The notes beneath the pieces were generated by a model, which saw only the letters and a list, made by a program, of their open reading frames with translations, was not told the origin of the DNA and searched no databases. From positions 22,816,001-22,880,000 of the forward strand of contig NC_045716.1 in the NCBI RefSeq assembly GCF_009834535.1: a stretch of DNA of 64,000 bases. Direction: 5' to 3'. Positions 1-13,404 of the stretch are shown piece by piece. Each line of letters starts with the position of its first letter. Position 1 is the stretch's first letter. The position numbers and the translations under genes were made by a program. This DNA comes from Camelus ferus. Taxonomy: Eukaryota.

Positions 1-1857
1 AGATATTCCAGCAAGTGAAGTCTTTCATGTCCAATCAGATTTCAGCATGGAGAAAGGTGGGTTCCACCAGTTGAATCTGGTTTCCCCCTTGTTTTCATAT
101 TTGTACAAATGTCACATTCTTACTGGATTGCATTTCTACTTTCCAGTTTCATCTGCTCTATAACATGGAATCTTTCTCAATCAGCATTTTTGTTCTGTTC
201 ATTCAACAAACTTTTAACATGTGTCTTTATATTATACAGTGCTTTTCTATTATAACTTACTATTTTCTCTTTTCTTAGCCTATTATCTCTGTGAGGGATT
301 GGATTATGTCTCATTATCTTTTATCCCCAACTAGTAGCACAATGTTTGAATGTTGTTGAACTGAAGGATATTCCAATCAGAAGAATAGCATTAACAAAGT
401 AGAAAGTAGAAATAGGCCTGACATTGGGAAGACTTAATATAAATCAACTGATCTAAAATGAAACAATTCATGTCAAATGTAAATAGGTAGTACTATATCA
501 TGGGAGAGCTCCTACTCCAAGGTCAGGCAGTTTGAATGGTACGGGTAATGAGAAACCACTGAAAGAAGGCTCATTCAGCAAACTGTTGAGCACCAAACAG
601 AATGGCTGGTACCACGTCAGGCACTGGACATACAAGGAGTTAAGACAAGGCTTTTAACTCTTACTAGTACTGCACAGGGTAACTAGTTATAGAATAAAGA
701 TATACGTGGGATGCTATAGGATGGCAGAAAAAAGGAGTATCTACATCAAACCTGGGGGTTAGACTCAGTTTTCACAAAGGAAATAACCATTAGAAGGACA
801 ATTAGGACTGAAATAGATGCAAAGAGAACAGGACATTCCAGGCAATACAGAGTCCTGGGAGTTTTCAAAAATAAGTTTGAAGCAGTTTTTAAAGAATCTA
901 GTGGGGGTACACAGAATGGATAAGAAAGAAGAATGGGATGCAAGGAGACTAGTAAATGGGGCCATTGCAATAATCCAGGCATGAACTGATGAGGGTCTAG
1001 ACCAGAGAATCAGAGAAATACTAAGGGGGCAAATGTAAGACATTTCAAAGGATGAGCTAGCAAGATTTGGAGAATGACTGGATATAGGAATGAAGGAATG
1101 GATGTCAAAAGACAACTAAGGTTGAGCATGGGTAACTAGGAAAACAATACTATTAACAGAAATAAGGCCATCAAGAGGTGGTTTGATAAAGAATCGATTA
1201 AACCATGTTCAAAGCTTGCCTTTCACAAACTCCTTCCTGACCTCACTAACTATGACTGCTTATCCTACCTATATCCGCTTAATTTCCATTTGTACTATAT
1301 TATTTAATACTCTCTGACATATCGATTTACCAGTGATAGTATTCTTAAATTCAATCGTGGGTTCCCTGGGACTGTTTTTCCTCTGGTAACCTCCCCTATA
1401 GTGGCCAACAGTGTACTAATAGTGAACTGCTAAAAATTGAGTTCATGTTTTCTTTTGAATTTGCATGTAACTATTTTTCCCTTCCTATCCTAATTCAGTT
1501 GACTAAATAGAGCCTCTGAGCCTTACTGCTCAGTTTCTCCTCTTGTTTTCAGGGGTTTATGTCTGCCTAATCAAGGTTCGACCCCAGTCAGAGGAGCTGC
1601 TCCAGGCCCTCAGCATGGCTGACACCTCAGTCTACGGTTGGGCCACACTTGTCAGTGAACACAGCAAGAATGGAATGCAAAGAATCCTCATTCCTTTCAT
1701 CCCAGCCTTTTACATCAACAAGTCAGAATTGGTTCTTAGCCACAAAAAAGACATTGGGGAGATAAGAGTACTGGGAGTGGATAGAGTTCTTGAGAAGCTA
1801 GAGGTATGTTAAGGACTGAAGCAAAGCAGAGCAGGGTTTTTTTTGTTTTGTTTTGCT

Positions 1858-1889
<32 letters not shown>

Positions 1890-4800
1890 TTGGCAGAGGG
1901 AGGTAATTAGGTCTATTTATTTATTTTAATGGAGGTGCTGGGGATTGAACTCTGGACCTCGTGCATGCACTCACCACTGAGCTATGCCCTCCCCGCTAGA
2001 TTAGAGTTTTGAAAAGGGGATTTTTCATTCTCAGTCCAGGGTAAAGGAACAGTTACTGAATGACTTGATAAAATTCACCACAGAAAATTCTTAAACAAAA
2101 TGAAGACAATGTATCCCCTTCCCAAGGCCAAGGGGACTCCCAGAGTCCAAAATCTAGGTCATGTGCCTTGTCAGTCTGGAAGATAACACAAATGCTTTAA
2201 ATATATATACATATATTTACACCAATGCTATCTTAAAACAATTTTAGAATGCTAGTTTAAAACTTTTTTTGAAGTCTATTTTATTCTTTTTTAGATCTGT
2301 CCCTACCTGTGTGACCTTGGGCACGTCATTTATCCCTTCAGTTTCCTCACTAGCATCCCACTGTGAATGCTCTTTGAAAACAGCAAAAGGTGTAAACATA
2401 TCTTAGGCATTAACATCTTAAAAGGGTTAAGCTTCTCTGTTTAGGGCAAAATTACCTTAGAGGGACCGCATCATGAAACTGGAACTGAATCCGTACATCT
2501 CTGTCAACACTTACTGTTCCTTCTACAATTCTCCTCTTCCCTCAAAGGGCATAACCGACTCTGCTCAAAAGCAGAATCCCAAGTGCCCCTTCCTTCCTCC
2601 ACTCCTTCCCTATCCTACTTCTGCAGCAAGGGGAAAACAGCAGCCTTATCTCCCCACCCCAAGCCACAGCTTCAGAGGACCCCACCCCAGGCACATCCGC
2701 CCTCTCTCTTCTCCAGGGGCACCAGAGGCCAACCTTGCCCTTCCCCTCCTGCCCCAACCTAGAGGAGACCCTGGAGGCATTCAGGGCCAAGCAAGGCAGG
2801 CGGTATTTACAAACCTGCTTTACCACTTGCATAGGGTAACCTCGCTTAAGCCCACAGGGCCCCTTCCACTCCTCGGGCCAGAACCAAGACCACGTGCCTC
2901 AGCCATGGCTGTCTCGTGACCCCAGACCTCCTCTGCTCCGCGCGGGGCTACCGGGACTGGGACAGAACAGCCACACTTTACCAGCAACTGAGGCACTCAC
3001 CTGAAGTCTATTTTATTCTCACAGATCGTTTTCTTCCCCTTCAATACATCTAAGTGTGAAAAAGTGACTTATTGTCAGACAGCTAGCTAGAACTAGACAT
3101 CCAGATGTCTTATTATATATGTTTAAGATTGGAATGTATTCATACAAAACTGATTTTTCATCTTTCAAACAAGTACCTTTTTATCTTTTCTCCAAGGTCT
3201 TCCCCAGCTCCCCAGTTGTAGTGGTCTCTGGCCATAGACAGTCTTCCCTCACACCTGGCCTGGCCATCTACCCCGTGAGAGTAGTCAACTTCACTTCCCT
3301 CCAGCAGATGGCAGCACCTGTTTTCATCAATATTTCCTGTGTGCTCACCAGTCAAAGTGAGGCTGTGCGAGTGAGAGCTATGAAAGAGAAGCCTGGTGCA
3401 GGTGAGCATTGAGGGCTCCTATTTTAATCTAGAGGGAAAAAGACAGAATGTATTACAGTTTAGTTAATGGGAAACATTCAGCCACTTGGCCAAGATCACT
3501 CAAACTAGCTGCAGCATGGATCTTTATTCTCCAAGCCTACTCTATAAAATAAAACCTTCAGATAGCTTTCTTATCACTAGCTAGATGTTATCCTTAACTT
3601 ACATATTTAAGAATCATTATGTTATTTTAACATGAGTTTGTCAGCTTCGTAAGTGTACTTCTTACCCTGTTTTACATTTTTTTAATTGAAGTATTGTTGA
3701 CTTACAATGTTGTGTTTATTAGTTTCTGGTGTACAGCAAAGTGATTCAGGTATACACACACACACACACACACACATACACATATACATATATACATATA
3801 TTCTTTTTCTTATTTTCCACTATGGTTATTACAGGATATTGAATGTAGTTCCCTGTGCTATATAGTACAGTATTGTTTATCAATTTAATACTTAGTAGTT
3901 TGTATCTGCTAATTCCAAACTCCTAATTTATCCATCCCCCACCCCCTTTCCCTTTTAGTAACCATAAATTTTTCTATGTCTGAGTCTGTTTCCATTTTGT
4001 AAAGTCCATTTGTGTCATTTTTTTTTTTTTAGATTCCACATATGTGATATCATAAGATTTGTCTTTCTCTGACTTTTCACTCAGTATGATAATCTCTGGG
4101 TCCATCCATGTTGTTGCAAATGGCATTTTTTTTAATGGATTGAGTAGTATTCCATTGTATTTGTATACCTCGTCCTTCCTTCCCGAGTTGACGGTTACTT
4201 CCATGTCTTGGACTATTGTAAATAGTGCTGCCGTGAACACTAGGGTGCATGTATCTTTTCGAATTAGTTTTCTCCAGGTATATGCCCAGGAGTGAGACTG
4301 CTGGATCATATAGTAACTCTAGTTTTTAAAGGAACCTCCGTACTGTTTTCCATAGTGGCTGCACCAGTTTACATTCCCACCAACAGTAGAAGAGGGTTCC
4401 TTTTTCTCTACACTCTCTCCAGCATTTATTGTTCATGGACTTTTTAATGATGGCCACTCTGACTGTAGTTTTTGTGTTTCTCTAATAATCAGCAGTGTTG
4501 AGCATCATGGCCTATTCGCCATTTATTTGTATGTCTTATTTGGAGAAATGTGTTTAGATCTTCTGCCCCATTTTTGGATTGGATTTTTGTTATTGAGTTG
4601 TACGAGCTGTTTGTGTATTTTGGAAATTAAGCTCTTATCAATTACATCGTTTGCAAGTATTTTCTCCCAATTCTGTAGGTTGCTTTTCGCTTTGTGTATG
4701 GTTTCCTTTGCTATGCAAAAGCTTGTAAGTTTGATGAGGTCCTATTTGTTTATTTTTGCTTTTATTTCTATTGCCTTGGGAGACTGACCTAAGAAAACAG

Positions 4801-7800
4801 TTACAACTTATGTCAGAGAATGTTTTGCCTATATTCTCTTCTGGGAGTTTCATGGTGTCATGTCTTATATTTAAGTCTTTAAGCCATTTTGAGTTTATTT
4901 TTGTGTATAGCGTGAGGGAGTGTTCTAACTTCATTGATTTACATGCAGCATTCCCAACACCACTTGCTAGAGATAGTTTTTTCTCCATTGTATATTCTTG
5001 CCTCCTTTGTCAAAGACTGACTGTAGGTGTGTGGGTTTATTTCTGGGCTCTGTTCCTTCTAATTCTGTTCCACTGATCCTTGTCTGTTTTTGTGCCAATG
5101 CCATGCAATTTTGATTACTGTAGCTTTGTAGTATTGTCTGAAGTCTGGGAGGGATATGCCACCAGCTTTGATCTTTTGCCTCAGGATTGCTTTAGCAACT
5201 CTGGCTCTTTCTGGTTCCATATAAACTTTAGGATTATTTGTTCTAGTTCTGTGAAAAATGTCATGGCTTCTTACCCTGTTTTAAATCTCTTGACGAAGTT
5301 TCACTTTTTTCAAAAGTATTTAGCAGATCTTTTTGCATCAATGGACAAATGGTGATAACCCTAGAACCAAGACTTCATGTTCCTAAATCTTGATTCTACC
5401 ATTACCCAGTTTAGAAATGCCAAATTTGAGTGGGATGGGAACAATTATGGAAGGAGGCGTTAGGAAAGCCAGAAAACCATCCGTATACTTGTCATTCCCA
5501 CTTGCCCATCCCTCAAGGGAAACAGTACTTCTCTTAATTACTAGGAGTGAATTAGGCTGAACCTTAATACATCTAATGGGAGAAAAGGTTTTCGTTTTTA
5601 TGAGCATATGCTTTGTACTGGTCAATAAATACCCTAAGCATATTTGTATGTAGTTTGTTTTTTAAACCATTTTTTAAATTGAAGTATAATTTACAATGTT
5701 GTATTAGTTTCAGGCGTACAGCAAAGTGATTCAATTACACATACACATATTCTAGATTATTTTCCATTATAGGTTATTATATTGGGCATAGTTCCCTGTG
5801 CTATATGGTAGGTCTACATAGATTTTAATTCTCATGATTTTAAAGAACTTTTTATAACTCTAAAGATGTTTCCTTTAAAGAGCTGAGGAAATTGTGGGGC
5901 AGGGTGGGATATTAAAAAGGGGGGGGAGGAGTATTGAGGAAATTGAGATGTTTGTCAAGGTCCCACCACCAGAAACTATTCATCCGTGCTTTCTGAGTTT
6001 AAAATTGAGGTTTTGTGGATCTCCACAGACACACAGATAGAATTCAAGGTGTCCATGGTTTGAATGGGAAAAAAAACTGCATCTTTATTTTCAATTAACC
6101 TCTAGCTGAAAATTAGTATTTCTACTGATTATGAGCATAGGCAACAGGTCACAATAGTATCAGATGTATGACTTTGTCAGCAATGGAATCCATAGATTTT
6201 CTCGTGTTCCTACTGTCACATCTCAAAATTACACACTAGTTTTCAGACCTAAAGCTACTTTTTGTTCTTATTAAAACACACGTATTAGTGTATCACAAAT
6301 TAGGCCTTTTAACATTTTGCTAACTGCGCAATATAACTATCCTACAAATTAGGTTTCCTTTATTCCTACATTTTATCTTTTGCATTTAAAAACTTGAATT
6401 GGAATCCCTCCACTTCACCAGACTGCCAAAGTTGCCCACGACCAGAAACAAAACTCAAGAACCCCTGCCCTTCTCAGAGATACAAGGGATAAGCAGTACA
6501 ACCACGGTTGGTGGTTTAGATACAAATATGAACACGAATTTCAGCTTATTCATACAAGCATGTGATTGCCTACTGTTACGCCAGACAGGCACGATACCTG
6601 TTACAGAAATCAGATTTAAGGCAGGGCCCAATTAAAGACAGTTCAGTGTAGCCAGAACAAAGAGGTGCTATCAAAGTTAATATGTTTCTTCAGTTTTATT
6701 TGGACTCTCAACATTGGGACCTCATCAGGGGTTAGTATAGTATCTTGTTTTCAGTGTAGGCAACCTCAAATTATTCTTCAAAGTGAAGCAGCGTGTAGGC
6801 AGTGTGAAGTTGTAAAACAGTTGTACGTTGGGAGGTAAAACCAGTGCAGAGCCCAGAGTTAGAGTGCCCATACAAAGGATGCAGAATAGGGAACTAGGTA
6901 TGAGGGCCTGGCGAGTTTATCAGGGAAGGCCTGTTAAGTTCAGGCAGTTTGGTGGAGCAGGGAAGAGTTTATTTCTAGACACTGAATTTGAAATAACCAA
7001 AGGTAAGTGCCAAGTATGCTTCAAAGACAAGTCTAAAGTTTTATTGAGGACAAAGTTATATACAAATCAAAATGTGCCCTACAAATGACACCTGAGTAAA
7101 AAAGGACAAGTAGCCCTTAGATTTAAGAGGTCATTGGTGACCCAAGGAAATGTTTCAGGTTAGGGGGATTAAAGTTAGAAGCTGAATCACCATAGACTTT
7201 CACAAACTTTAAGGGAAATATGTCACCTGGAGTTAAAAGTGCACAATTAAAGTAACAGGCATTTAAAAGTAGCTCTTTTGTAAACTGGAGAGAAGAGTCT
7301 CAAGAATTTAGTTTATTACTGTAGGGACAGTAAAAAGCCAGAGGTGGAGGAGCCAAAGTACAGTTCACCTCCTCCTCTCTCGTAAGAAGCAAAAGAATTT
7401 CCTAGAGAGCTGGATTTTGAGTGCTTCAGCTAGATACTCTTAGGACCACACAAGTTTTTAAGTGCAACATCTGTCTTGGATACATTAAATATTCTTCTTT
7501 TGTTCTGCCAAACTGTAGGTCAGTGTGAAGATTCAGGTGTCCTCCAGAAGTTCACGGGTTCTTACCAGATCCTCCTCTTTACCCTCTTTGCGGTGTTGGC
7601 ATCAACAGCTTTCCTCTTTCTAGGTAAGGAGTCCTTATTTTCAGCATCGTGGACTTTTGACTTGGAAACTGCCTTCATTTTATTTCACAAACTAAACGAG
7701 GATGAAAATTAGCTGTTTATCACATCTAATTTGGGACAAGCAACTGAAATTGATTTAGCCTCCCTAGCCCTAGTCACCTAGTGGACTGAAGTTCCTGCCC

Positions 7801-8429
7801 AACTTACTACCAAGCAGTAAACTAGATGTGGCAAACAAATACCACTGAGAAGTGGAAATCACTTCTAAACCTTTTATTATAGCTAGTTCTGCTCAAATTC
7901 ATAGCTAGAAATGACTTAAGCAACACAAAACTATGGTCTACACATGCATTTCCTATCTTTCAGCCAAGAGTTAGAAAATACCTCTAAAATCACTAAGTAA
8001 AAATTTCCTGTATTACTATGAAGTTATTTAATTTGAAGCATTGCTTTTTTTATCTAGCAATACTTAAATCTCTGAATTTTAGAGCTGACTTGCCCCTTAA
8101 AGGCCTTCCTGCAATGAAAATTGATCTCTTTGGTGACATCCTCCCTTGCTGTTTTTCCAGCATATAATGCCTTCGTAAACAAGATACAGACAGTTCCAGT
8201 TGTTTACGTACCAACTCTAGGAACGCCACAGTCTGGTAAAGAATCACTATCTTTATCTTTGAAAAGCTTTGATATCACCCTCACCTTTATTCACTATTCA
8301 TCTATTTCTCTTCCTTCTTTACTTCTAGGTTCTTACACATCTACACATTCTCCCCCTCCCTTCATGAGTCCACAACCACCACCAGCCCATAATCGGTTAC
8401 AACACTGGCTTTGGAGTATAAGGCATTAA
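1..8429 (+). CDS. NUP210L: Nuclear pore membrane glycoprotein 210-like, C-terminal part (5' end lies outside the window)
   Basis: Exons <1-56, 1553-1803, 3197-3401, 7519-7623, 8161-8235, 8329-8429, all GT-AG with consistent phases. Spliced translation [51 protein letters not shown]...[24 protein letters not shown] (TM)...[11 protein letters not shown] matches the recalled NUP210L C-terminus. Confidence 0.95.
573..1170 (-). mobile_element. Degenerate L2 LINE fragment
   Basis: ATTCAGCAAACTGTTGAGCACC...CAGGCACTG resembles the L2 3' end; downstream GCAATAATCCAGGC...GACTGGATATAGG resembles the L2 body. Recognised by eye. Confidence 0.5.
1837..1994 (-). mobile_element. tRNA-derived camelid SINE (Vic-type)
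   Basis: Minus strand GGGGAGGGCATAGCTCAGTGGTGAGTGCATGCACGAGGTCCAGAGTTCAATCCCCAGCACCTCCATTAAAATAAATAAATAGACCTAATTACCTCCC + poly(A); A- and B-box-like motifs. Confidence 0.8.
3675..5266 (-). mobile_element. 5'-truncated L1 (ORF2 C-terminal remnant plus 3'UTR) with 17-bp target-site duplication
   Basis: TSD CTTCTTACCCTGTTTTA at 3658-3674 and 5267-5283; degenerate ORF2 peptides (e.g. [30 protein letters not shown]); L1 3'UTR motif TTGAAGTA...TTACAATG. Confidence 0.92.
3754..3795. repeat. (CA)n/(TA)n microsatellite inside L1 3'UTR
   Basis: ACACACACACACACACACACACATACACATATACATATATACATAT. Confidence 0.9.
5668..5815 (-). mobile_element. Short L1 3'-end fragment
   Basis: TTTTTAAATTGAAGTATAATTTACAATGTTGTATTAGTTTCAGGCGTACAGCAAAGTGATTCA...AGTTCCCTGTGCTATA, same family as the element at 3675. 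Confidence 0.8.
6005..6467. mobile_element. hAT-Charlie-type DNA transposon remnant (Charlie4-like)
   Basis: GATAGAATTCAAGG...GGGAAAAAAAACTGCATCTTTATTTTCA at the start and CTTCACCAGACTGCCAAA...AAGAACCCCTG at the end resemble a Charlie-family consensus from memory; subfamily uncertain. Confidence 0.55.
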
Positions 8430-8547
8430 TCTCTGCTCAGACAAGTCCCCTTAACTGTAGGGTACTGAAGATTTCTAGCCCTAGACAAGGAGCGTAGCAG
8501 CAACTTCTATATTCCTGAGCCTCCAAACAAGGCTTCTGAGAACTGTA

Positions 8548-8553
8548 AATAAA
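8548..8553 (+). terminator. NUP210L poly(A) signal AATAAA
   Basis: AATAAA about 120 nt after the stop, followed by a GT/T-rich tract; ATTAAA also at 8573-8578. Confidence 0.65.
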
Positions 8554-8871
8554 GGATCCTAAGCTGTTTTGTATTAAAGTGGTGTGTTGGGTTATTTTTT
8601 AAGATCAATTACCAGTTTTTAATCCTAAGAAAATATTAAAAATCAAAACAAATACCCCATTTATACACTATCCCAGTATTTAATCAAGCTCTGCAGATTT
8701 ACTCAACGAGCCTAGGGATAGAAAAGGTCCCAAATCAACTTTTTACATACTTGGCCACTTACTTGCCCCAAATGACTCTAGTAGTCCACTCTTCTGGGTG
8801 CCCCTGAATACGTGAGGTAGGAACTTCCTAGCAGTAAAACAAGACAATAAACAGGATGTATCCAAAATGTG

Positions 8872-8877
8872 TTTATT
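8872..8877 (-). terminator. RPS27 poly(A) signal AATAAA
   Basis: TTTATT on the + strand, 36 nt past the RPS27 stop. Confidence 0.85.
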
Positions 8878-8913
8878 GGGACGGTTTCCCATTCATCTTG
8901 ATTGAGGGTTCTT

Positions 8914-10720
<1,807 letters not shown>

Positions 10721-11401
10721 CAATTTTTAAATTTCGGGCTGCACTTTGACAGTAGGAACTGCTTAGGAGAATAGCGAGACTCAGCCATGTATGAGACTTA
10801 TTAAATTTCTTTCCTATTTTCCAATTGGTTTAGTTTGCCCATTTTTAACAATTAAGAAATGTAAGTATTTTAGAAAGTCCTCATACTTTCCCCACCTCCA
10901 GTCTACTCCTAGGGCTAACCATTGTTGAATTTTATTCTCTCCTTCCCATCTTTTCCCCCTAATAATTACACCACTCACTTACGTAGTTATTATTTGTGCA
11001 TTGTTCTGACTGCTTTTCGTACGTTAATTTATCTTCCGAACAACTCTATCAGGTTACTATTATCAGTATTTTACAGATTAGGAAAGTGATGCCCAGAGAC
11101 ATTAAATAAATTGTCCAAAGTATGCTACTGAAGTGCCTTCCAAAAAGATTGTGCTAATTTATATTCCCACATCCTTTACCCCGCATTTTTCACCAGCACT
11201 GTATTTCCAGGATTTCTCATCTTGGCAGCACTGAGACGCTTGACGGGATGAGAAGAAAGAGAAACTGAAGACCAAATCTACAATGATGATCAAAGGGTTA
11301 GAATGCCCATTTTTCATAAAGAAGGAGCCTAGATGATCCAAATGGCATCTGGGGACCTAATTAATTCCAGAGGAATGGAATAGGGCAGGGAATATAAGTT
11401 C

Positions 11402-11612
11402 CAGTCAAGGGTGGGCTGGTAAAAATTTTAACGACTGGCTTTATGGAGAGTAGGCCCTGATTTGTTGTCTTTCCTAATTTCAATGGTGTGAATATTCACA
11501 CCATGGCCAATTTCAAACTACCAATGTCACATCATTAAACACGGATCTAGGAAGAGAGATGCACAATCTGTTCTCATGAGCCAGTAAGAATTGGTTCCAG
11601 CACACTACTAAT
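11402..11612. mobile_element. hAT-Tip100 (Arthur1-like) remnant
   Basis: GGGCTGGTAAAAATTTTAACGACTGGC...CCATGGCCAATTTCAAACTACCAATG...GAGCCAGTAAGAATTGGTTCCAGCACACTA resembles the recalled Arthur1 consensus. Confidence 0.5.
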
Positions 11613-11619
11613 GGACAGG

Positions 11620-12130
11620 AAAAATCTCTGAGGAAGTGACATTTAAGCTGAAATCTGAAAGACAAGGAGCCAACTAAGGAACAATCTGGGGGAATAGCTT
11701 TCTAGGTTGAAGGAAGAGCTTGTGAATACAAAACCAGAGGCCAGAATGAGCCTGCCAAAATTGAAGGAGGAAAGGCATTGTAGAGGAAGCTCTGAGAGCC
11801 AAGGGGAGAGTACTGTGGAGATGAGGTTCCAGTGAATGGAGGTATACACCCGTAAGTACAGTCTAGAGAGGTGAGCAAGAATAATGTATTGCTGTGGATG
11901 AAAAGTCCAGATCCAGACAAAATAAGATGAAAAAGAAAAAAACTAATGGATTTTTATCAGAACAATCCTAAAAGATTAAAGAGTAATTTAAAGGACTGTT
12001 GAGAGACAGTTTGGCCAGTGAGGAAAAGTAAAGAAAACTCAAGGTTAGTAATACAGCTTGAAGACCTAATGAGAGGTGAGATAAAGGACAAAGGGGGATT
12101 GAATAGTTGTGTTTGAGAAGAGACAAACAT
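11620..12130 (-). mobile_element. Degenerate L2 fragment
   Basis: GAGGAAGTGACATTTAAGCTGAAATCTGAA...TTCTAGGTTGAAGGAAGAGC, typical of antisense L2. Confidence 0.45.
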
Positions 12131-12499
12131 TGACACAAAAGTTGAGAAGGATAAGTGACAAAAAAGATGCTTCCTCACTAACTTTATACAAGGACTATTC
12201 TACTGACTCGCTGTTAGAAAAGCAGATATTTTGAATAATTTTTTCCAAAGGCAAAGATAAACTTGTTTCTTTATAGCCATGTTCTTCACACTTCAGTTTC
12301 CTGGTTGCCAAGGCTACGCATTCACAGTCTGTTCAGTGAGAAGTCAGGAATACTGCCGCAGGGCTGTTAAAGATCCACATCTCATCAGAAGAATGAGACG
12401 AGACATTTGTAGTCCCAATCTCTTGTTTTCCTGAGCTGGCATGTGAGAATTCACATACACTGCCCCAGAAGAAAGGCTGTTGAAATTGAAGCCCCAGAA

Positions 12500-13239
12500 T
12501 CTATCTAGGTAGGTATGTGTGGTTTGTGGGGGGAGGTGGGCGGGCCGCGGGGTTGGGGAGAGGAGGAAGTGGGTGATGGAGGCGGGTGCGAATTCTATAG
12601 TATAATGAATTTTAATTTTTACTCTGTTACACCAGGGGGCAGACTGACTCAACAAATAGCCGCCTACTCCAGGCATCCCGCTTTTTTTGAAAAGGAGTTG
12701 GGATTCTGAAACTAAGGGCTTGGACTAACACCAGAATTCTAGAACTGCCCCAGAAGGATTCTATTTTCCTTGAGTCGCCTTTCCGAAAATCAGTCCTCAG
12801 TTTTTCTCAACTCCCAGTGTTATCCTGGCCTTCACCCTTATTCCCAGAAACTTTCCCTTTCCCCTAATTCATCCAAAATTCCTCTTCCCCTGGTCATTTT
12901 GATTAAACCTCTACTTCAGATCGCTCCAGTCTCTCTGGCCTCAGACTGGAAGAGTGAAGTCAAAAGAGGGGAGGAGGAGTAAGCAAAAAGCTTTGGGAAA
13001 TGCCTGGGAAGACAGGCCAGCGCCGCTGGGAAGGGAAAGCCCAGAGACCAGAGGGCTGGACTCGCCTCTTAGGACAGCAGAAAGGGGTGGGCGGGCAGGG
13101 GGTGGGGCCCAGAGGAGTGCCGCCTCTCCTCTTTCCCGGAGCCTGGGCGGAGAGGGAGGAAAACTTCCTGGCCTGGGCTCCGGGGCCGCTGTGTCTGCCA
13201 ACCCTACAATCCCGCCTACCAGTGCCCGTCGCTTCCCCA
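12500..13239 (+). promoter_or_regulatory. RAB13 proximal promoter / GC-rich region
   Basis: GC boxes (GGGCGG), G-runs, CTCF-like CACCAGGGGGCAG at 12630-12642 and AP-1 TGACTCA at 12645-12651, all upstream of the gap that holds the ATG. Confidence 0.6.
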
Positions 13240-13404
13240 NNNNNNNNNNNNNNNNNNNNNNNNNNNNNNNNNNNNNNNNNNNNNNNNNNNNNNNNNNNNN
13301 NNNNNNNNNNNNNNNNNNNNNNNNNNNNNNNNNNNNNNNNNNNNNNNNNNNNNNNNNNNNNNNNNNNNNNNNNNNNNNNNNNNNNNNNNNNNNNNNNNNN
13401 NNNN
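13240..13404. other. N-gap (165 nt) covering RAB13 start codon and first coding exon
   Basis: Run of N; the [22 protein letters not shown] region is absent from the visible sequence. Confidence 0.9.

Noticed and set aside
2473-2919. 148-aa ORF as a nested protein-coding gene
   Set aside because: Pro/Leu-rich with no domain and no supporting gene structure; the region is kept only as an unexplained block.
3974-5355. Several 78-116-aa ORFs
   Set aside because: Frameshifted L1 ORF2/3'UTR remnants and their antisense frames.
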